Part shown: positions 56,592 to 64,000 of the stretch, in pieces
Position numbering within the stretch: the stretch's first letter is position 1
Layout of the letters: the number at the start of each line of letters is the position of its first letter
Origin: Hyphomicrobiales bacterium
GTDB taxonomy: Bacteria > Bacteroidota > Bacteroidia > Bacteroidales > JBGRPZ01
Length of the DNA stretch: 64,000 bases
Assembly: GCA_041725915.1 (NCBI GenBank)
Contig: JBGRPZ010000003.1
Span: 5,209-69,208, forward strand
Reading direction: 5' to 3'
Position numbers and translations under genes: made by a program
The notes under the pieces: generated by a model
The model's database searches: none
Told to the model about the DNA's origin: nothing
Seen by the model: the letters and a program-made list of their open reading frames with translations, nothing else

Positions 56592-59549
56592 ATGACAAAG
56601 TTTAAGTTAACAGCAGTTTTCTTATTATCATCCTTGCTATTTGCATTTTCAGGCTGCAATAAAAAGACAGAACCTGCCGATTTCGTTGATCCTTTTATTG
56701 GTACTGGCGGACATGGACATACATATCCGGGTGCCTCATTACCATTTGGAATGGTGCAATTAAGCCCTGATACTCGTATAGACGATTGGGATCATTGTTC
56801 TGGTTATCATTATTCTGATAGCTTAATACTCGGATTTAGTCATACTCACCTAAGTGGAACTGGATGCGGAGATTATGGAGACATCAGAATTACTCCTATT
56901 GTTGGTGAGATAAAATACAATCCTGCTTCTTTCAAACACCCAAAAGCTGGGTATTCTTCGGCTTTCAAACATGAAAATGAAACCGCAGAACCCGGATATT
57001 ATAGCGTGTTTCTTGATGACTATAAAGTAAAAGCAGAGCTTACTGCTACAAAAAGAACAGGTATGCACAAGTATACCTTTCCAAAGAGTGACAACTCTCA
57101 TCTTCTTATTGATTTGACTGAAGCAGTTGTATCAGAACAAATCCATAATCTTGAAGCTAACATCATCAGTAATACTGAGATTTCGGGTTGCCGTCAGTCC
57201 GGATCGTGGGCACGAAATCAACATATTTACTTTTATATGGTATTATCACAGCCTTTCGATTCTTATTCGGCAATGCTAAATGATGAAGTTATTTCCGATA
57301 AGAAAAACCTCAAAGGGAAGAATCTAAAGCTTGCTTTAAACTATAATACAAACGATAATCAGGAGATTGTCGCTAAAGTTGGTATTTCTGCTGTATCTAT
57401 TGAAGAAGCTAAAAACAATCTGTTAACAGAAAATCCGGATATGGATTTCAATAAGGTAAGAAAGGATGCTTACAGCAGTTGGAATAAAAAGCTTTCGAAG
57501 ATAAAAGTAAAAGGCAATGATGATAAAAAGACAGTATTCTATACTGCCATGTATCATGCTTATCTGTCTCCTGATCTCTATAGTGATGTATCGGGAACTT
57601 ATCGTGGTCATGATGATAAAATATATACAGACAAGGACAAAAACCAATATACTGTATTCTCTTTATGGGACACTTTCAGAGCTGAACACCCTTTACTTAA
57701 CATCATAGAGCCAAAAGTTAGTAGTGACTTTATCAATTCTATGCTCAACATATATAAAACAGCAGGTAAATTACCTGTTTGGGAACTTGCTGCCAATGAA
57801 ACAAATTGTATGATAGGGTATCACTCTATTCCTGTCATTCTTGATGCATATAATAAAGGTATTAGAGATTTCGACCTTGAATTGGCTTATGAAGCAATGA
57901 CGCACTCTGCAAATCAGAAGGAAGATGGCATATACTATATGAATACTTATGGTTATGTTCCCGGAGATTTAAGCGGAGAATCTGTTTCTAAAACTCTTGA
58001 ATATTCTTATAATGATTGGTGTATCGCTCAGTTTGCAAGAATACTTGGCAAGGAGAATGATTATAATTTCTATATCCAAAGAGCACAAAATTATAAGAAC
58101 ATCTTCGAAAAGAATACAGGATTCATGAGAGGAAAGAGAAACGGTGGCTTTGAAGAACCTTTTGATCCACTAGAAGTAAACTTCTTCCTTACTGAAGCTA
58201 ACTCATGGCAATATACTTTCTTTGCTCCTCAGGATATAACAGGACTGATAGATATATATGGTGGTGTAGAAGGTTTTGAGAAGAAACTTGATGATATGTT
58301 TAGTGCAAAGACAGAACTTACAGGAAGACATCAACCTGATATCAGCGGTTTAATTGGTCAGTATGCACATGGCAATGAACCATCTCACCATATGGCCTAC
58401 CTATATAATTATATACAAAAGCCTGAGAAGACACAGAAACTGGTAAAGCAAATCTGTAATGAAATGTATACTACTGCCACTGATGGATATAGTGGTAATG
58501 AAGATTGCGGTCAAATGTCAGCATGGTATGTCTTAAGCTCAATGGGTTTATATTCTGTAACCCCTGGAGATACTATTCTTGCTATTGGTGTTCCTGAGTT
58601 TACAGAGGTTTCTTTTAACGTTAAAGACAAGGCATTTAAAATTGTTGCAAACAATCTTAATGAAAATAACATTTATATAAAAGAAGCTAAGCTTAATGGA
58701 AAGCCTTATCAGAAGAGTTATATTTCATTAAGCGACCTATATAATGGAGGTGAATTAATTCTCGAGATGAGCACTGAGCCTTCTACTACTTTTGGAAAAG
58801 GTGATGGTAATTTCTCTGTTATAGGAATAGATAAAGATCATATAACTCCTGTTCCATACTTTACTGCTCCATGTAGATCTTTCAAGAATCCAATAACAGT
58901 ATCTTTCAACCATCTATATGATGATGCAAAATACTACTATACTATAGATGGCAGTGAGCCTACTACTGAATCTATTCCTTATACTAATCCTATAAAAATA
59001 GACAAGACAACTATATTAAAGGCCATTGCTGTAAGAAATAATATAATATCTAAAGCCGCTACTGCATATTATTATAAGATGGATCCTAATTGGTCTATCA
59101 AGATAGCTCACCCCTACGGAAAACAATATACTGCAGGAGGAAACGATGCTCTTATTGATGGAATCATCGGAAAAGAAAACTTCTCTACTGGTGATTGGCA
59201 AGGTTACCGTGGGCATAATATTGATGCTATCATAGATATGGGAAAACGTAAAATGATAAACACAATATCAACTGGCTTTATTCAGAATATCAGGTCATGG
59301 ATATGGATGCCCGAAAAAGTTGAATACTATACTTCTAATGATGGTATCAACTGGAGCTTAGCTTTAGAAGTCCTTAATGACATACCTAAAGATCAGGGTG
59401 ATGGTATCAATAAACGCTTTGAAGGCAGGATAAATAAAAAGGCCAGATATGTAAAAGTTATAGCTAAAAATCAAGATGAAATACCAGAATGGCATGTAGG
59501 TGCAGGTGATTCTGGTTGGATTTTTGCTGATGAAGTCGTTATTAAATAA
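56592..59549 (+). CDS. GH92 alpha-mannosidase with C-terminal discoidin-like domain
   Basis: 985-aa ORF with a lipoprotein signal (FSGCNKK). 'VDPFIGTGGHGHTYPGASLPFGMVQLSPDT', 'GFSHTHLSGTG' and 'GNEDCGQMSAWYV' are GH92 signatures. Confidence 0.92.
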   Translation: MTKFKLTAVFLLSSLLFAFSGCNKKTEPADFVDPFIGTGGHGHTYPGASLPFGMVQLSPDTRIDDWDHCSGYHYSDSLILGFSHTHLSGTGCGDYGDIRITPIVGEIKYNPASFKHPKAGYSSAFKHENETAEPGYYSVFLDDYKVKAELTATKRTGMHKYTFPKSDNSHLLIDLTEAVVSEQIHNLEANIISNTEISGCRQSGSWARNQHIYFYMVLSQPFDSYSAMLNDEVISDKKNLKGKNLKLALNYNTNDNQEIVAKVGISAVSIEEAKNNLLTENPDMDFNKVRKDAYSSWNKKLSKIKVKGNDDKKTVFYTAMYHAYLSPDLYSDVSGTYRGHDDKIYTDKDKNQYTVFSLWDTFRAEHPLLNIIEPKVSSDFINSMLNIYKTAGKLPVWELAANETNCMIGYHSIPVILDAYNKGIRDFDLELAYEAMTHSANQKEDGIYYMNTYGYVPGDLSGESVSKTLEYSYNDWCIAQFARILGKENDYNFYIQRAQNYKNIFEKNTGFMRGKRNGGFEEPFDPLEVNFFLTEANSWQYTFFAPQDITGLIDIYGGVEGFEKKLDDMFSAKTELTGRHQPDISGLIGQYAHGNEPSHHMAYLYNYIQKPEKTQKLVKQICNEMYTTATDGYSGNEDCGQMSAWYVLSSMGLYSVTPGDTILAIGVPEFTEVSFNVKDKAFKIVANNLNENNIYIKEAKLNGKPYQKSYISLSDLYNGGELILEMSTEPSTTFGKGDGNFSVIGIDKDHITPVPYFTAPCRSFKNPITVSFNHLYDDAKYYYTIDGSEPTTESIPYTNPIKIDKTTILKAIAVRNNIISKAATAYYYKMDPNWSIKIAHPYGKQYTAGGNDALIDGIIGKENFSTGDWQGYRGHNIDAIIDMGKRKMINTISTGFIQNIRSWIWMPEKVEYYTSNDGINWSLALEVLNDIPKDQGDGINKRFEGRINKKARYVKVIAKNQDEIPEWHVGAGDSGWIFADEVVIK

Positions 59550-59579
59550 AGTATTAAATTATCATCAAAATATGATATT

Positions 59580-59804
59580 ATGAGATCGTGTATTGTAGCA
59601 TATTTATTATGGTTCTTTCTGGGTTTCTTTTCTGCTCACAGATTTTATACGGGAAACTATGGAACAGCTATCATCTATCTAGTCACAGGACAACTATTTG
59701 GTATTGGATTCATCATTGATCTATTTCTTATTCCGTCATTAGTGAATCAGGCCAATCTAAAAACAAAGTATGAACACATGGTATATATGAATTCAAGATT
59801 TTAG
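59580..59804 (+). CDS. TM2 domain-containing small membrane protein
   Basis: 74-aa ORF. 'AYLLWFFLGFFSAHRFYTGNYGTAIIYLVTGQLFGIGFIIDLF' fits the TM2 two-helix domain. Confidence 0.7.
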   Translation: MRSCIVAYLLWFFLGFFSAHRFYTGNYGTAIIYLVTGQLFGIGFIIDLFLIPSLVNQANLKTKYEHMVYMNSRF

Positions 59805-59818
59805 ATTTACTCTTATAG

Positions 59819-59850
59819 AAAAGACAGGAGCTTTCGTCTCCTGTCTTTTT
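59819..59850. terminator. Bidirectional terminator between TM2 gene and hybrid kinase gene
   Basis: aagacaggag-ctttcgt-ctcctgtctt with T-runs on both strands. Confidence 0.7.
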
Positions 59851-59888
59851 ATATTCTGTTCTCCTTAATAGCTCTACGCTGGATATTT

Positions 59889-62885
59889 TTATTTTGGCTC
59901 TTGGAATAGCTTTATTAAAGCTTTCTGGATAGAGGAAAAAGAAAAAGGATAAGATACGAATTGAATATTATGATTCTTCTTCAACTGTTCTATATCCTCA
60001 GTAAATAGCTTTGATATAAGTATACTTCTTATTGAATGATTGATTTTCGTTCCTTCTAAGATCAAAGACACACCATCAATATCACCTAATTCTTGATCTA
60101 CAATAAGTAGATTAAAGCTGCTTCCCTCATCACATAAAGCGATCTTAAGATCTAAACCCGTTTCAAACTCTTCTACTTTCATACCATATTTAGCCAGATT
60201 TTTAGATAAAGACATCGACAGACTTTTGTCTACAACAGCAACTGCTACTTTCAAGTTATTAACTAAATGCTCTTCTATCTCTTCACTCAACATCTTATTA
60301 GACATATCAGAACAAGGGAAAAATAGTTCAAATGCTGTACCTTCATTTTGCTTACTCTGGACATGAATCACTCCATTATGGTTCTCTATAATCCCATGAA
60401 CAACTGATAATCCCAGACCTGTACCCTCACCAACAGGCTTTGTGGTATAGAAAGGATCGAAGATCTTCTCCATTACCTCTTTTGACATTCCCTCACCAGT
60501 ATCTCTAACAGTAATCTTTATATGTGGTATCCGATTGAAATCTCTGTATATTTCAATGAATTCATCATCAGGAATAAAGTCTTCTATCTTCACTTCTAAC
60601 AGCCCTCCACTCTTTTTCATTGCATATAAAGCATTAGTGAGAAGGTTTAAAAACACCTGATTTAGCTGATTTGAGTTCCCTTGCAACTGCTGATATCTAC
60701 TGTTAAGTTCATATTTCTTGACAGTGATATCGGGGGAAACAGATGGCTTTATCAACTCTAAAGCTTCATCAATTATAGAGTTTGCATTTAAAGAATAGAA
60801 ACTTAACTCTGATTTTCTACTGAAGTTAAGTATCTGCTTTACGAGATGCGCAGCCCTTGAAGACGCTTTCAATATCTGATTCAGATACGATTCAAGAGCA
60901 CTTCCTTTTTCTACACTCTCCATTGACAATTGAAGATAGCCTTGTATAGTAGCAAGAATATTATTGAAGTCATGAGAAATACCACTTGTAAGCGTACCTA
61001 TTGTCTCCATTTTCTGTGCATGTCTTACCTGCGTTTCAAAAGCTTCTTGCTTTGTAATGTCATTAATTATCCCTAAGATACTATCTATTCTGTCTTGATT
61101 ATTCTTTATAGGTGTTAAAGTAAGGTTAGCAGGAAAATGATCACCATTCTTTTTGATACCAGAGATTTTTCCACTCCATATTATTCCAGCCTCTATTTGA
61201 GGGAGAATATCATTAGAAAAGTCATTCATGGATAAATTCACACATGAACCAAAGAATGGTTTATTTATCAGATGTTCCCTTTCAACACCACTAATTCTTT
61301 CGAATGAGGAATTAAAATAATTTATATTCCCATTCATATCCATTATTAATATACCATCTGAAGATTGTTCAACAGCAGCAGCTAGCTTTATCTTTTCGAA
61401 TTCTTGAGCTTTAATGCTAGAGATATCTCTGGTTGTTCCTACTATTCTTAGTTCTTGATTAATTGGATGCCGAATTATTTTACCTATAGCATGAAACCAT
61501 ATTAACTCTCCTTCTGGAGAAATGACCCTATAAACGAAGTTAAAAGATTTATTTTCTTCAGGTTTACTTATAGCATTTAGAATAAGATCCCTATCTTCTG
61601 GATGGATATATTTAAATAAGAATCTGGCATCATTCATTGCCTCCTTTGTGCTGATTGGCCCTTTTTTTTCAAATGTAGGACTTACATAATAATACTTTGT
61701 AAATGGAATATCTGCAATCCAAAAGATTTCATCAATAGAATTAACAAGGATATTAAACCTATGACTAATCTCACCCAACTTTAGTTCTATCTTTTTATTT
61801 TTGGTAATATCCTGTAATGTACCATAATACACCTTATCACCTTTAGGTGTTGTTTCTTGCTTCCAAATGCAGTGAAGGTATAATAGTTTATTACTACCCT
61901 TATTTAGATATCTAAAGTCAAATGATGAATCAAGGTTATCAGTTTCTCCAGATCTCATTTTCTTCAGAATATGAGCTTTGTCTTTCGGGTGGATTCCTCT
62001 TAAAAACTGATTCAATTCTAATCTAAAGTTTGTATTTGATGTAATTCCCAGAATGTTAAATACCTCATTAGAGATAATAAAAGACTGTGTTTCTTTATCC
62101 CATCTCCAATTACCTATTCGAGCTAGCTTCTGAGCTCTTTTCAAGTTCTTCTGGCTTTCGATAAGTTTAGACTCTGTTTTCTTCTGTTGGCTTATGTCTG
62201 AGATAGTAACTCCAACACCCTGTCCCAGTTTAAATATATTAATAGAAGAATTAACTTTTCCTAAAGAAGTCTTCAAAGAGAATTTCTCTGAATAAAAGCT
62301 CTTGCCTGTTTCGAGCACTCTATTCGGGATATCTACTAGCTCTGGTTCATTTATATTCTTGATAATATCCTTTATATGCTTTCCTAGCAAGTTGTTTTTT
62401 GTGTTATCAGCAAACAACACATAGCTACTTTTATTCAAGAAGACGAGTTCTAGTTTCTCATTAAAGATTGCGCATGCGGTTGGTAATCCATCTATAAAAT
62501 CTTTATATCTGGATATCTTACTATTCTTTTGCTTTTCTTCAGTATCATATGGAAAGATAATCTCGTTATCAGAGTTCTTATTAACAATCTTCTTTATTAG
62601 AGCATCCAGTTCTGGAAAGACATTAGTATCCTTAATTCTATCTTCTTTCAATGAATCAAAATGACGATTCAGACTCTTCATCTTTCTGGTAATGTAAAAC
62701 ATTCCAGATATAACGAGCAATCCAACAACAGTCAATAAAACTACAGCTATAAATAGATAAAGTGATTTCTGTTCTATATTGACCTTGCTATTAACAAATA
62801 GAAAAATGCTACAAAGAAATACTAATACTGTTATAATTAATACTATATATTGAGAAGCCAATCCCTTGGCACTTTTATAACTCAT
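59889..62885 (-). CDS. Multi-PAS hybrid sensor histidine kinase with C-terminal receiver-like domain
   Basis: 998-aa ORF. Two N-terminal TM helices and several PAS/PAC-like blocks precede the HisKA region 'GTLTSGISHDFNNILATIQG'. The HATPase region contains 'NLLTNALYAM' and 'DTGEGM...GTGLGLSVVHGII'. The C-terminal REC-like region reads 'NLLIVDQELGDIDG'. Confidence 0.88.
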   Translation of the reverse strand: MSYKSAKGLASQYIVLIITVLVFLCSIFLFVNSKVNIEQKSLYLFIAVVLLTVVGLLVISGMFYITRKMKSLNRHFDSLKEDRIKDTNVFPELDALIKKIVNKNSDNEIIFPYDTEEKQKNSKISRYKDFIDGLPTACAIFNEKLELVFLNKSSYVLFADNTKNNLLGKHIKDIIKNINEPELVDIPNRVLETGKSFYSEKFSLKTSLGKVNSSINIFKLGQGVGVTISDISQQKKTESKLIESQKNLKRAQKLARIGNWRWDKETQSFIISNEVFNILGITSNTNFRLELNQFLRGIHPKDKAHILKKMRSGETDNLDSSFDFRYLNKGSNKLLYLHCIWKQETTPKGDKVYYGTLQDITKNKKIELKLGEISHRFNILVNSIDEIFWIADIPFTKYYYVSPTFEKKGPISTKEAMNDARFLFKYIHPEDRDLILNAISKPEENKSFNFVYRVISPEGELIWFHAIGKIIRHPINQELRIVGTTRDISSIKAQEFEKIKLAAAVEQSSDGILIMDMNGNINYFNSSFERISGVEREHLINKPFFGSCVNLSMNDFSNDILPQIEAGIIWSGKISGIKKNGDHFPANLTLTPIKNNQDRIDSILGIINDITKQEAFETQVRHAQKMETIGTLTSGISHDFNNILATIQGYLQLSMESVEKGSALESYLNQILKASSRAAHLVKQILNFSRKSELSFYSLNANSIIDEALELIKPSVSPDITVKKYELNSRYQQLQGNSNQLNQVFLNLLTNALYAMKKSGGLLEVKIEDFIPDDEFIEIYRDFNRIPHIKITVRDTGEGMSKEVMEKIFDPFYTTKPVGEGTGLGLSVVHGIIENHNGVIHVQSKQNEGTAFELFFPCSDMSNKMLSEEIEEHLVNNLKVAVAVVDKSLSMSLSKNLAKYGMKVEEFETGLDLKIALCDEGSSFNLLIVDQELGDIDGVSLILEGTKINHSIRSILISKLFTEDIEQLKKNHNIQFVSYPFSFSSIQKALIKLFQEPK

Positions 62886-63269
62886 ATCTGTGGAGTGAAT
62901 TTATTAGATACATTTAGCAATTGCTAAAATACTATAAATACTTGTAGCGACAAACACCGCTATCTCTATAAGAGACTTATAAATACGATTATACATTATT
63001 ATTTAACCCGACTTACATTGAAAGGGAATAGTTACTTTTGAAGAACATTACGAAACAGTTATATTATAAACATGAAATTCTGTGCAAGAATTATGTTTTA
63101 AAGACTATATATTTAATATAGATATCAATTGACAACTCCTTATTGAGGAGCTATCAATTAAGTTGTATGTTACCTATCAATTAAAAATACCTCAAGATTA
63201 ATACTAAGCTTTCAATTGCTTTTAATAACACACAGATCTTTATAGTCAAATATCTTTTATGAATATTCT

Positions 63270-63878
63270 TTAATTCCTTGATTTTTTATGATCTACTGGT
63301 ACCAGTATTTTTTCATTGTCTAGAGAAACAAATATTCTTTTCCAAAAGACAAAATCATTCTCCACCTTATAATCAAGCAAAATAAAAGCAGCAGGGTTTA
63401 TATCTTTAAAAGGGTAGTAATCATAATATTCAGGAAGGTGTTTCCCATATAATCCCTTTATATCTGCTTTCCATTTATCTCTAAAGCTTTTAAACTCTTC
63501 TTTTGATTCAGCGAATTCTTTTTGATATTTCGTTACTAATCCCTTTAAAGGCTTTATTCTTCTATTTTTCTTTAATCTTAAATCCTGAATAAAATCTCTT
63601 TCTTCAGCAGATAGAGTACGTTTTTCTTCTCTGGCTTTTAGCTTATATACATTCATTTTACCCTCATAAAATGCTACTGTATCTCTTAAGCCTCTAAGTA
63701 AATCTTTATCTTCTTCACTTATATTTTTATCAAAGCCCTTTCTTTGACTCAAAATATCTTTATATACTGTGTTCTTATAGTAGTTGTGAATACTTTTTGA
63801 TACATCTTCTTGGCTTTGCGAATAGAGGTTAAAACAGCATGACAAGAATAGAAATCCAATTATAAATACCTTCTTCAT
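63270..63878 (-). CDS. Secreted hypothetical protein (charged, helical)
   Basis: 202-aa ORF with signal peptide MKKVFIIGFLFLSCCFNLYSQ. No family recognised. Confidence 0.5.
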   Translation of the reverse strand: MKKVFIIGFLFLSCCFNLYSQSQEDVSKSIHNYYKNTVYKDILSQRKGFDKNISEEDKDLLRGLRDTVAFYEGKMNVYKLKAREEKRTLSAEERDFIQDLRLKKNRRIKPLKGLVTKYQKEFAESKEEFKSFRDKWKADIKGLYGKHLPEYYDYYPFKDINPAAFILLDYKVENDFVFWKRIFVSLDNEKILVPVDHKKSRN

Positions 63879-64000
63879 AATATGTAAGTAATAAATCTAT
63901 TAATAAATTCCACAATAAATAACCAGAACCCCCTAAAGGATAATAAATGATAATGTAAAGAAACACTACAAAATGGTATATCTTACGTTAATTACACCAA

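Overview
This is an AT-rich bacterial chromosomal window, almost certainly Bacteroidota. Supporting signs are a GH2/GH20/GH92 N-glycan cluster, a TonB-dependent receptor, a GlsB/GlsA-like lipid pair, a LytS/LytTR pair, a TAnnTTTG-type promoter box and no Shine-Dalgarno signals. Recognisable housekeeping genes are nifJ (PFOR), a dihydroorotate-dehydrogenase-like gene, mfd, engB, an acyl-CoA carboxyltransferase with a biotin carrier, cutC, tRNA-Gly(GCC) and tRNA-Leu(TAA). The segment from about 16.9 to 37.6 kb is accessory and holds three candidate conflict/immune modules. (1) A minus-strand retron-like operon encodes a WGR+HEAT-repeat protein, a SWIM zinc-finger protein, two tandem structured ncRNA modules and a retron-type reverse transcriptase. 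The two ncRNA copies share a near-identical scaffold, but their 26-bp stems and terminal inverted repeats differ with fully compensated changes. This is the most striking signal in the window. (2) A divergently transcribed two-gene module encodes an ABC/AAA_21-type ATPase and a small protein with a possible PD-(D/E)xK motif. (3) A three-gene operon encodes an LRR-Roc-COR-TIR protein, a Roc-COR-TIR paralogue whose TIR module is nearly identical at nucleotide level, and a translationally coupled 3-TM protein. Other unexplained structure includes a 1.9-kb ORF-free region with a 43-bp tandem array, an iteron-like 22-bp array, and a GC-rich 22-bp x6 tandem array between a LytTR-adjacent unknown membrane protein gene and the tRNAs. 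All calls come from reading the sequence and the ORF translations by eye. No searches were run, and all identities and counts are hand alignments.
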